Notes under the pieces: generated by a model
What the model was told of the DNA's origin: nothing
What the model saw: the letters and a program-made list of their open reading frames with translations, nothing else
The model's database searches: none
Translations under genes and position numbers: made by a program
In this document: piece after piece, positions 43,419-55,867 of the stretch
Numbering within the stretch: the first letter of the stretch is position 1
Layout of the letters: each line of letters begins with the position of its first letter
From: Amoebidium appalachense
Lineage: Eukaryota > Protista > Ichthyosporea
Direction of reading: 5' to 3'
NCBI GenBank assembly: GCA_963693365.1
Contig: CAVNZM010000003.1
Location: 11,753,651-11,817,650, forward strand
DNA length: 64,000 nt

Positions 43419-45083
43419 TTAGACACTAGTTTGGCTACTCTGACTACTCTGAGATCCTGATTGGCTGCCTGCAGACTTGCGGCCACGATTACTTTGCTTT
43501 CGATCGTGCCATTGCAGCTGCGTCTCTCCAGCAGGTGGCAACGCCAGGCCCAGCACAGCAGATGCACGAGAAGGGGGTGGGAACTGCCCACCAGCCGAGG
43601 GCTGGCCCACATGGCCCAAGTAAGGATGGGGACCGTGCTGCGGCAGTAGCCCAGGCATGGGGAAGGCAGGGCCGGGCTGAGGCGGCATGATGCCCCACGG
43701 TGGGGGCCAGCCATGTGGGTGGTGCGGGCCTGGATGGGGTGCAGGGGGCATGTGCGGCACATGGCCCTGCTGCATGTCAAGCGCGGGTGCTGGTGGCATG
43801 GCATCCTGATTGGCTGCAACCCAACGTGGGCAGCTCTTGGCCCGATTGGAGCCGAGGCAGCCCTTGCCCTGGCGGCCACACGTCTTGCAGGTCTTGGGGG
43901 CTCTCTGGGGTGGCTGCATAGGAGGGGGCACCGGCAAATCCATCTGCAGGGGCCCCTCAGGGCCAATGTTGCGATGCTTTTTGCCCACTAGCATGGGCAA
44001 GGGCCGCTCACGCTGCGCCCCTGCATCGACACCGTCTGGAACAGGGAGGGGTGGCAAGGGGGCAGGCCGTATGGTTGCTGGCACAGCGTCTGCCCTCTCC
44101 TCGCGCATACGCTTGCGGTGATCTGCCAGGCCCTCGTGTGTGGAGCGCTGTGCATGTGCCGTCTGCCAGGTCTTCCACTTGTCGAAATGCTTCTTGATGT
44201 AGGCCGCATCCTTCATGTAGATTCCCCCAGCCACAGAGGCAGCCTTGTTGAAGTCTTGGGCCAAAGCCTCGAACAGCTGGCCGTTGGGCTTTGCATGTGC
44301 CTTGTAGGTGCCCAGGAGCAGCGTGCTGAATAGCTTGCGCTCCTGAGGGGTAAGCACCGGAAGGAAGGGGATGGCCACATGTTGCTTCTGCGCCAGGAAC
44401 TTGTAGTCGCCCCTCAGTGCAGGGTCCGGCTGTGGTGCACCACGCGCCACCTGGTTGCCCCCCCCCATGGCAGCACCGTCACCCTCCTCGACCTCACAGT
44501 CCTCTGGCCCGCCCATCACGCCATTGGCTGCAGGCTCGATGTTATCAGACGGAGGTGGGGGTGCGGGCACCGCAACTGGCTCCTGCGCCGGGGCATTGGC
44601 CACACAGGAGAGCGGGGCAAAGTTGAAGTACTCCTCCGGTAGCTTGTAGCAGCCTACGGGTACCCACTGGGGGTCGAGGTGATGGCCGTACAGCATCAGC
44701 GCCAGTGCCTCCATGTCGTCAACAATCCAGGGGCTGTAGTGGGGGGGCCCCGATGCCTGGCCCAGGCGGTTGCGGTAGTGTGCACGCAGGTTGTGGCGGT
44801 GGCGCCTATTGGACATGGTGGCGTCCAGCAGGCGCAGCGACATGCGTGTGGCCCCAAAGTGGGTGGCCAGGGGGTTGTGCACTGCCCCCTCCACCTCGTT
44901 GGTGCCCCGGATGCAGCGGTAGCGCATGAGCCCATCTGCGTCGGCAGTGGTCTCGTAGTAGAGGGGCAGGCCGGGGGGGTCCGACAGACAGCCATTTTGG
45001 GCGTGTTCGAGCAGCGACTGTGGGGGCACAAGCAAACATCAGAGAGATGGGTGGGTGGTGGTGGTGGTAGTGTGTGTGTATGT

Positions 45084-45143
<60 letters not shown>

Positions 45144-45216
45144 TGGGGTTGCTAAGGAAAAAAACGAGCAGGGAAAGGCAAAAAACAACTGGCTAGGCAG
45201 CAAGGGCCGTGCGGGC

Positions 45217-45286
<70 letters not shown>

Positions 45287-45290
45287 ATGT

Positions 45291-45330
<40 letters not shown>

Positions 45331-45868
45331 GGCTAGGGTGTGCGTGTGTGTGCAGATGAACCAAGGATGACAAATAAGCGAAGAATCTTTTCTGTGGTGG
45401 TGGAGTTGTTGGGCGCCTGCAGGGGGAGGGGGGGGGGGGGGGGGATGTTGCCTCGAGTCTTTCAAAGCCATCCTTCTTGAACAGAGGCTTGCCATCCGGT
45501 CCGGGCGGCACATCCTTGTAGGTGTTTTTGAACTCCACCAGCCGCGAGACCAGCGTGTATGGGTCGGGAATAACCCGCCGGATGCGCTCCATGAAGTAGC
45601 TCAGGTCGCCGCCCTTGAGCTCGGTTTCAATGTCGATGCCCTTCTGCTCCAGCACCCCCTGTGAGGCAGGATGCCAATATTAATTTACTACGCACACTGC
45701 AATTTGGGTTTGGTAGACTTTGATACCTGCCGTTATTGTAGGACCCCTCCCCTCCACCCCCCCCATCTTCTCCCCCAACACAAGTAAAAAATGCATGTGG
45801 CTCTTTCCCCCCACAACCCTACATTATTTCTCTCTAGGCATATGAATAACCCCCACTCTCCTCCCCCC

Positions 45869-45910
<42 letters not shown>

Positions 45911-46943
45911 TTCCCCCCCCTCTCTCTGAGGCTCAGGCTCTCTCTCTTCCCTCAGAAGTTTTGTCGAAGGTGTGCATGGTTGTGGGTGGAATGGTGAGTG
46001 TGTGCTAACGAGTGTATGTGTGTGTGCGCGTCAGTCACGCATGTTGTTGTTGCCGTTTTTTTTATTTTTATTTTTTATTTTTTATTTTGGGGGGGGGGGG
46101 AGGGGGGGGCACCTTCACATGTCCGTAATCCTCTTCATTCCACACAAATATTGCCTCGCTGAGTGCGCGTGCGTACTCAGCCCTGCGGGGGTGTGACTTG
46201 TACGTGCCGTCCGCCGTGTTTGCAATGGAGTGGAAGGCGTCATTCAGCACAGTCTGCCACACCACCTCCCCAGGCGGTGCCTGGCCCAACATGCCCTCTC
46301 TGGGAGCTGCCTCGGGTCCCCCTGGGGCTGCCTCAAGGCCCCCCGGGGCTGCCTGGGGGTCCTGGGGGGGTGCCTGTGGGCCGGCAAGGGGTTGCTGCTG
46401 CTCGGCAGGGGGAGGGGCTGGGTCAGGGACCACCGGCACCTCGGCACCTGGGTCCGGTGGGGGCTGAATGGGCCGTAGCCACTGCAGGTGCACCATCAGC
46501 TCAAAGGGCGGCGGGCCCAGCTCTCCCAGGGTCTTGCCCTTGTCGGGGCCAAAGGGCACCTGCATGGCCGGCGACAGCACCTGATCAACCCGCACCACTG
46601 CATGCTTCTTGCCCACCTTCATGCCCCCCCAGCGCTCCGGCTGCACAGCCAGCACCACCCCGGTGGCTGCTGCAGCATGTGGGCCCCGCCGGGGCACAAT
46701 CTCAACCCCTTCACCGAGTGCCTTTGCATGAAGCCGCGCTGCATGTCATAGAGGGAAGCAAAAAACTCAGCCAAAAAGCCACAGCACCAACGTTTTTCTC
46801 TTCGCTCCACAAAAATCAAATGCATATTCCTTAGCAACCCCCCTTCCCCCCCCCCCCCCCCCCCCCCCCTTCTCCCTCCCCCCCCCCCCCTCCCTCCCAG
46901 TGCCCAGCTTGTGTGGCACTTGCACGTGTTAACAGTGCTATAG

Positions 46944-46984
<41 letters not shown>

Positions 46985-47076
46985 ACCACCACCACCACCA
47001 CCAATCACCCCCTCCTTTGATAGCCACCCGACACCCAGCATAACACAACTGGAACACTGGCCCATGTGGTCAGCCA

Positions 47077-47108
<32 letters not shown>

Positions 47109-48602
47109 TCCCCCTCCCCTCTCCCCTCTGGGGGGCCCAAAATCTTTCTATATCTGGCATAAGCACATAAGCACTGGGGCAAAAAGCAGGTGGGATACAC
47201 ACCTGACAGGTTTGGCCTATCGACCACGGCCGAGTAGACCTGCAGGGACGCATATGCATCAAGGGCAGCGTAGGTGGCCTGCACCTCTGATAGCGGCTCG
47301 TGCCAGTTGGAGCATCGAACAAGTGCCGGCTTGGGCAGCTTCTTGCCTATGACCTGGGCAGTGATGTCGGCCAAGCCCCGGGCCGCAGAGGTGATAGCTG
47401 CACGGGCATAGCAGAACCGGCCCAGCTCCAGATAGCTGGCCACAGGGGTGCCGTAGTCCTTGTTGAGGTGGGCCGAGTCCGTGCCGATCTGCTTGCCCAC
47501 CTTGATGATGCTGGGGTCCCTAAGCAGCGCAATCAGCTCGTCCACCAGCCGCGCGGGCGGGCTGTGGTTGGGGCCCATGCGTGCCAAGTGGAAGATGTAC
47601 ACGGCCCGTGCGGTGGCAATCTGCAGCGTGCAAACCTTGGACCGCGCCTGGCCCACCCGATAGACCCACTCGCAGTCCAGCCCCACCACGCGGTGCTGCT
47701 GCCCCTCCAGGTCGGCACGAATGGCCGCTGTAGCCACCACCGCCCCCTGGCAGTCGGTGTACACCGGCTTAGGGTAGTTGGCCGGCAGCTCCAGCCCAGG
47801 CAGACCGTCCGTCACGCTTACCAGCGCAGCCTCGTTCAGACGGACGGGGCATTTTGGCCGGGCTAGGGTTGGAAACATGCGCTCAACAAACGCCCGGTCT
47901 TGGCAGCACCGATCTGTGTAGAAGAAGGCCGGGCCCTTGCTGTTGAGCGCCGCCGTGGTGGCAGAGATGCGCTGGATCACGGGCTCAATCTCCTGGTGGC
48001 TGCAGTCCCGTGTAAATACCTGCGCCCGGATCTCTGGGGTGCCGCACTGTGTGAGAGGGCATCTCCGAGCAGCCATGCATGTTCTAGCTTCCCTTACCAC
48101 ATGGCCCTTCACGAGACTTCAGTGCCCACACAATCCTTTCCCCCTCCCTCCCCCCAAACCCATGTGCCCACATACTTTCCCCTCCCTCTCCCCCAAAACC
48201 CTTCCCCCTCCTTCCCCCCCAAACCCATGTGCCCACATACTTTCCCCAGGCCTCCCTTTCCCCCAAAATCTTCCCCCCCCCCTCCCCCCTAAACCCATGT
48301 ACCTACAATCCTTCCCCCTTCCTCCCCCTAAACCCTTGTGATCACAATCCTTTCCCCCTCTCTGCCTTCCCCCCAAACCCATGTGCCCACGATCCTTCCC
48401 CACTCCCCCTCCCCCCAAACCATGGGACAGCCCTCCATATGGCACCTACTGTCCCCCCCCCCCCCCCCCCCACCCCACCCCGGGCCTCTTGCCCTCTCTA
48501 CCTTCAACCCCGACGGTGGTGTCTCTCCCCCCCCCCCCCCCCCCCCCCCCCTGCATCCCTTGCAATCACTGGCCCCTACTCCCATTCTGCTTGGCAGAAG
48601 CT

Positions 48603-48675
<73 letters not shown>

Positions 48676-48906
48676 ATTCCCCGCCAAAAGAAAGCTCCAC
48701 CCCAGCCCACCCCAATCTCTACCCAGCAAAAACACATACACACATATCTGGAGCTTCCTAGTTTTTGCTCGACAGGGCAAGAATTGTCCCCAAAACCCAC
48801 ATACTACAAACCTCTACTCACAGTGTGCCACCTCATTAAATGTGGAGCCTAAGAGATTTAAAGGCCCTAGAGGGGGGAGGGGGGGAGGGGGGGAGGGGGC
48901 GTGTGT

Positions 48907-48937
<31 letters not shown>

Positions 48938-49368
48938 GGGGCGTGTGTGGGGGGGGGGGGGAGGGGGGAAGGGGGCCTGGGGGAGAGTGGGGGGAGGGGG
49001 GAGAAGAGGAGGGACCACACACCGCCAAGCTCGTTTACACAAGTCCATAGGCCTCGGTACAGAGGCTCCCCATTGATGCCGGTGAGCTTCCCAATTTGGA
49101 AGGTGTGGTCGGCCTTGAGCACGTTGTTTACGGGCTTGAGCTGCGTGTCCAGGCTCTGGTACTTTGCCGTGCGGTCGCTGAACTCAGTATACACGGCACT
49201 CAGGTATTTGCCTGAACCCCAAGTACTGTTAGAACTCCACCACCCTCCCATCAGGACCATCCCCCCCATTCCCTCTAGTCCCTCGTGTTCATCTCACCTC
49301 TCTGTATTTTCGTAAGTCTGTATGGCTTTTCCCATCTCAAAAACGCTACACACCCATCTCCGGCCGTT

Positions 49369-49403
<35 letters not shown>

Positions 49404-49588
49404 CCCCCGCCTCCCGGCGCGCGCAAACCCTCCAAGTCATTGCACCAACTTTCACCTTCTTTCCCCTTTGTGCCCCATCTGCAGTTTGTCCCCTGCACGT
49501 CCGTTTGCCCTTCCCCCCACACCCTCCTGCCACTACTATAATAACCATTAAGTACCGCCACCAAGATCCAGTCTACCACCATGTGCCC

Positions 49589-49623
<35 letters not shown>

Positions 49624-49874
49624 CTCTCCACCTCCTTTCCCCCAACACACACAGACACACATGCGCACACCCACCATCTAATTTCAGGCATAACAGTTCT
49701 CCACGATTTCCCAAGCACACTCACTGGTACATGGACCGTTATGCTTTCACCCCTCTGATGATCCCTCTGCCCCCTCCCCCCCCCCCCCCCCCCCCCCCCC
49801 CCCACCACCACCACCACCACCACCACCATGACTGATTGCCACCACCACCACCTAATCCATCACCATGTCCCCCC

Positions 49875-49930
<56 letters not shown>

Positions 49931-51321
49931 ACGGACCCACAAGTACACGCACACTCACAGGCGCACATCCACCACCACACATCCACCACCACCATAATAG
50001 AAACTTATTGACCACACTTCCAAAACCCATTTCCAAGTCCCCCCCCCCCCCTAAAAAAAAAATAAAAAATAATAAAACAAAACCCTACCAAGCCAACCCA
50101 AAAAATGCCCAAGCACGTGCATACAAAACAATGGGGACCATTTACACACCCAAAATGCAGTGCACACTTGCCTGAAGGCACATGTCCAGCGTAACCATTT
50201 TTGTCACCAAACGCCGAGAACTTAGCCGCCTGCTCCTCTGGGGGAAGTTCTGTCAGGCGCTGGTCGTGGGGGCGGAAATCGTTACGCTTTTTGAGTTCAT
50301 ACTTGGTCCAATGCAGCGCCCTCGAGTAATACAGGAGCCGCTGCTCGTCGTATCGCTGCTTGTGGAGCTCCGAGAGGAGGGTGGCAAAGGCGTTTGGGCC
50401 CACACCTTTGTCTGCCAGTGCACGCAACAATGTTACCACCTTTAGGTCGAGCCCACTGCGGTGGCTAAGGTAGGCCGGAAACTGATCACGCATGAAGAGT
50501 GGAAGGCGTTTAATTGTCTGGGGGTTTGTGCCGGCAAAGTTTTTTTTGCATGTGTCACAAAAGTACCGGGCCGTGATAATGTAGTAGCAGCTGTCAAAGT
50601 CGATAACACGCCGTCCTACGGGGTTGCTCATGAACCCATTGCGAGAAGTACGGTGTGGGTTGGGGTGGTTGTGGGGGTCCACGTAGTGATCATCGAAGGG
50701 GCACGGCACCATGAAACCGGGAGACAACCTTTCCGGAAGCCAGGCAAAACATCTGGGTTTGTAGAAAGGCGCTGGATCGCCCCCAAATTTAAAGCCTATA
50801 ATGGGAGGTGGAAGATGCCACCCCACAGGCGTCTTCTCATCTTTGAGACTCTCTTTCACTGTGTGCAGGTGCGACTTGATTGTTTCGCCCGCCGCGTCAG
50901 AAAACTCCTCTCCACCGTCATCCCCGTCCGTATTATCTTCTCCCTCTTCCTCCCCTTCATCCTCGTCTACCCGGTACGCATCTGCTGCTGCATTTAGCAA
51001 AGGTTCCTCGTCGGGTTGCACCTGTATGTCTGGTGGGTGTGGAGCAGGGGCCCGATCCATTTCTCTTGGTAACGAATGGACGCTACCTGCCTCAACTACA
51101 CGGGCCCTTATGTCGGCGGCCTTAGATAGAGGGGGCTGTTCGGGTTGTACGTTTACGTTTAGTTCCTGCAAAACAGCTTTGTTTGCCGTCCCAAAACCTG
51201 CAAAGTTCGCTAAAGGCTGAACAAATGCAGCATCTTTTTTTTTGCGCCCAGCTCCCTCCCTAGCTCCGCCTGTTTTATGCCCAGGGCGCTGTGTTGTGCC
51301 CTTAGGGCAGCCTGGCTTCAT
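43419..51321 (-). CDS. Large DDE transposase-like protein (Mutator/ISL3-clan motif order) with an inserted DEDDy 3'-5' exonuclease; 6 exons, ~1533 aa, intact
   Basis: Exons 51321-50172, 49211-49023, 48033-47203, 46738-46113, 45658-45452, 45017-43419 splice into one open frame (4602 nt); introns 1 and 5 use GC donors. Motif order: GGAREGAGRKKK; Cys/His region (CPFDDH..YFCDTCKK..FPAYLSHRSGLD); D1 KADHTF; NELGEIR; D2 FYTDRCC; exonuclease VGLDCEW / IGTDSAHL / SNWHEPLS..YAALDA; DxxH NDAFH; GCLSDPPG; E in RGTNEVEG; C-terminal CKTC..C..C knuckle. Confidence 0.82.
48105..48430. repeat. Intronic degenerate minisatellite (CCCCAAACCCATGTGCCCACA...)
   Basis: About 6 degenerate copies in intron 2 of the transposase-like gene. 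Confidence 0.75.
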
Positions 51322-52352
51322 TTTAAACACTTGGGGCCTGGCCCCCTGCCCCCCTAGTGCGACTACGTTACCGCAAACATTCCCGTATTCCAGTGTGCTC
51401 GGCAATGCTGCTCATGGCCTTCCCGGACTGGTTGTGACCAGTAAAGAGCGCGCCAATTCCTGACCGCCGCCTACAGCAGTGTATGATCTGTTATCCATAT
51501 TCGGCAAAAGGGGTCTTGCCCAACCAATGGCTTGAATCCTTGTAACTTTGCTTTATCCATATAAGGTTAGCTGAACACCCCCCCCTCCAATCATACCCCC
51601 CCCTTCTCTCTAGTAGTAGCTCCTGGCATGCCGCACCCCCCGCTGCTGCAGACACGGCTGGGCCGCGAGATGACAGCCTAATACTCTAATGATAGGTGTG
51701 CGTTGTACTGTAACTGTCTTATATACAGTGCCCCGTTAGCTGCAAAGCGAGAGATAACGCTGGGCTGGCAGGTCAACAGCTGTGCATGTGCAATCGAAGA
51801 CTGGGTATGCTCTGTGTGAGACTGAAACATACCGCTTGCTGTCTTTCCCCTCTTGAGCGCCCACTTGTGTGCGCATATAGGGGGGTGTGCAAGGATAACC
51901 TATATCACCCTCTCCACGGCCACACGTGCCAGCACATGCTATAAGTAGACCACGGTGAGAAGTACGGCACACATGCACACCTAACACACAGAGGAGTATT
52001 TACATAAGAGCAGTCAGGGTCAGGGGTGGGTCCGTACAAGCCCAGTGTACTACCGGACACTCCAACCCCTTGTGCCTCCCTAGCAACACAAACACACACC
52101 TGACAGGTAAAGGCGCATGCACACACGCCTGAATACACGCACACACGCACACATACACAAACACAGGCACGCAGATATCCAAACACATGCCGGACACACG
52201 CTGCACAGGCTCAGCTAGACTCACACGGGCACGGAGTGGTGTAGCTCTCTATCAAATATACAGGCCTACTTGCAGGGACGCAAGAGCACAGTCCCGTTTT
52301 CTTTCTCTATAACTCTGCCCTTACGCCCTCCCTCCCTCCATCCCCCCCCCCC

Positions 52353-52497
<145 letters not shown>

Positions 52498-52612
52498 TCC
52501 CCCCCTTCCCCCGCCCCTCCCCCTCCACCCTCTACCTCTCCCTCCGCCCCTCCCCCCCCCCAAGATTTGCTTTACGCTACTGGCCCCAAAAGTTCTCTCG
52601 CCGTCTCTGTTA

Positions 52613-52645
<33 letters not shown>

Positions 52646-53481
52646 ACTGCAACCCTCCCCAACCCCTGCTGTTATTTATTGCTTGCCCTTCCCTCCAACC
52701 CACACCAGTTGCCGACCCCCACGTCGTGTTCCGGCTGTTTGGTGGCTAGCCCCACTCCCTGCCTTTCATTAAATAATACTTCGACTTTGCCTTTGCCTTT
52801 CTTTTTTACCCCCTCCTCTCTTCCCTTGTCCTTCCCCGGTTCCACCCTTACGGCCCTTGTCTCTGCCGTGCCACCTTACATGTCGAACCTTCCAATTATG
52901 TGTTGGCCTATGGAGCACTTGGGGCCTTTTTAGTTCTTTTCCCCTCTTTTTTTGGCCCCCTCTTGCTTTCAACTGCCCTGTCGTCTCGTTCTCCTGGAGT
53001 CCCTTCTTTCTCGTTTCTTTTAGTAAGAATGTGCTGCTCCCCCTCCCCCCCCCCCCTCCCCACCCCCCAACACACAAACATACACAAACACAAAGGAAAA
53101 ATAGACTTTTTTTTCTTGCCATGCCCGTTGTTATTGCCGTGCAGACGACCACTAAGGACCCAATCAGTGCCCACCCTCTCGTGCCATAGTCACTCTACCG
53201 GGCTAACCGGCCCAGTCCGTTGCCCCCCTCTGCTAGGCCCCACTAGGCCATGTTTGGGCTTGCTTTCTTTTGTTCTTTTGTGCACAGCCACTGTGCCTGT
53301 GTGGTGGCCATGCCCTGCCATGCATGGTGTGCCGGGTGCAGGGCAAGTGTGCGCCATGCCCCCACCACTGCCATGGCCTGTGCCTGGGCCCTTGCCGATT
53401 GCACTGACATGTCCGGGGTTATTATACCCACTGCAGGCAGACACAAGCGCCCTGGCAGGGCCAGCAGAGGCACGGACCAAC

Positions 53482-54422
53482 ATGGTGGGTCTAGCTTTTA
53501 TGTGTGTGCGTCTAGATCTAGCCCCTGTGTGTGTGCGTCTAGATCTAGCCCTTGTGTGTGCGCGTCTAGATCTAGCCCTTGTGTGTCTAGATCTAGCCCT
53601 TGTGCGTGTGTCTAGATCTAGCCCTTGTGTGTGTGTGTCTAGATCTAGCCCTTGTGTGTGTGTTGGGTGTGTTCAGATCTAGCCCTTGGGTGTGTGTCTA
53701 GTCTAGCCCTTGTGTGTGTGCTGGGTGTGTCTAGATCTAGCCCTTGTGTGTGTCTCCAGATCTAGCCCTACTGGTGTGTGCCGAGTGTGTTTAGATCTAG
53801 CCCTTGTTTGTGTGTGGGTGGGTCTAGATCTAGCCCTTGTGTGTGTGTGTGTGGGTCTAGATCTAGCCCTTGTGTGTGTGTGAGTGGGTCTAGATCTAGC
53901 CCTTGTGTGTGTGTGGGTGGGTCTAGATCTAGCCCTTGTGTGTGTGTGGGTGGGTCTAGATCTAGCCCTTGTGTGTGTGTGGGTGGGTCTAGATCTAGCC
54001 CTTGTGTGTGTGTGTCTAGATCTAGCCCCTGTGTGTGTGATGGGTGGGTTTAGATCTAGCCCTTGTGTATGTGTGGGTGAGTCTAGATCTAGCCCCTGTG
54101 TGTGTGTGGGTGGGTCTAGATCTAGCCCCTGTGTGTGTGATGGGTGGGTCTAGATCTAGCCCTTGTGTGTGTGTGGGTGGGTCTAGATCTAGCCCTTGTG
54201 TGTGTGTGGGTGGGTCTAGATCTAGCCCCTGTGTGTGATGGGTGGGTCTTGCCTCTCTGTGTGTGGTGGGCTGCAGCTACAGTTATGGACCATCAAGGGT
54301 TCCTCAGTTGCTGGCTGTGGATGGGCACTGTGTGGTGGCCTTCTATGGCCCTGCATGCTGAGTGTGTCTTTGCAGGAGGACAGCATCGACGTGCAGGTCC
54401 ACAAGCTACTGGGTGCGTATCT

Positions 54423-54453
<31 letters not shown>

Positions 54454-55735
54454 AGGAGGGCTGTGTGCTGAAGGGGCCTAACAGAATGGCTGGTGGACCG
54501 GGGCCACATTGCCGGTAGCTGGGCCGAGCAGCTGAGAGACCTGCAGGGCCGCATCAGGCTGGCGGTGGACGGCCTGCCCGAGGATGCACAGGCAAGGGGG
54601 CTGCTGCAGGGCCATGGGCTGGACTATGAGGGCTGCAGCATGGTGCTCAAGGGCCTGATGGTCGAGGATAGGGACACCAGGGGCATGTTCGGCACCTACA
54701 GCTCCCTGCGTGTGCAGGTGAGCCTATTGGGTGCTGCGCCAGTGGCTGGGGACAGGGGCTGACAGGGGGCACAGGAGTGGCAGGGCATCGTTAGGGGCTA
54801 CCAGCAGGCCAACATGCATGTGGCCCAGTGGGCCGCCATGCTCGTGCACACGGCTACACACCTGATGCCGGCACTGAGAAAGGACATGGCCCGCATACAG
54901 CGTGCAGCACAGGTGTGGCCCTGGTTGGGTGTTACCTGCAGACGGTGCAGCTGTGTGTGTATGTGTGGGGGGGAAGGGCGGGGCGGGGGGGGGGGGGGGG
55001 GGGGGAGGAGGCGTTGGGCAGTGTTGTTGGCACGTGCAGGGCGGTAGGAGCAGTCAGGAGGGCAGGGCCCATGGTCACGTGCACATGCACAGGACTGCAG
55101 GCAGGGGGAGGCAGCAGCACGTGCAGCCCTGCAGCAGCACTGCACAGCATACCAGGAGAGATGTGCGGCCCTTGGCATAGTGGTGCGTGTTTGGGGGGGC
55201 GGGCCGGGGGGGGGGGGGGGGGGGGGGGGGATTATGGGCTGAGCAGGCACACAGGGGCAGGATGTGGAGGTTGAGCTGCAGCAGGGCACTGCCCGTCTGC
55301 CTGGGCTGTATGCGGACCTGGCACAGGCACTGCAGGGGGCAGAGGTGCAGGCAGCACGTGCACACTATGACCACGTGGTTGCATGCACGTGCACGGGCCA
55401 CAGGGCAGCCACAGAGCTGCCCCTGCTGGCCCATGTGGGGCTGCACGGCAATGGCCCCGTGGCTGGCTGGCTGGCTGAGGGCACAGAGCACAGTGGGGCA
55501 GTGGCAGAGGGGGCGGCTGTGGATGTGCCTGTGCCAAGCGGGTGGGATGAGGCTCCTGCATGGGTGCTGGGTACGTGCAATAGGTGGGGGTGGGGGATTG
55601 CAGGTATGGGGATGGAGGGTGGGGGATGCAGGCACTAACCTTGCATGTGCAGAGGACGAGGGGACCGACATTGACTGGGGCATTGAGGAGTGTACCCCAG
55701 AGACACAGCAGCAAACAGATGAGTGTGTGCCCCAT

Positions 55736-55771
<36 letters not shown>

Positions 55772-55830
55772 AGACTGGCTTCTTTTTTTTTTTTTTTCTC
55801 TCTTTCATTTGTTTTTTGTTTTTTTTGGAG

Positions 55831-55867
<37 letters not shown>

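Noticed and set aside
51322-51415. Upstream start for the transposase (TTG at 51405 or ATG at 51415)
   Set aside because: TTG is a prokaryote-style start chosen by the ORF caller, and the ATG at 51415 is out of frame and stops after 15 codons. The first in-frame ATG is 51321.
53485-54240. CRISPR array (palindromic repeats with variable linkers)
   Set aside because: Linkers are short, low-complexity GT variants of each other rather than unique spacers; the context is a eukaryotic intron; no cas genes are present.
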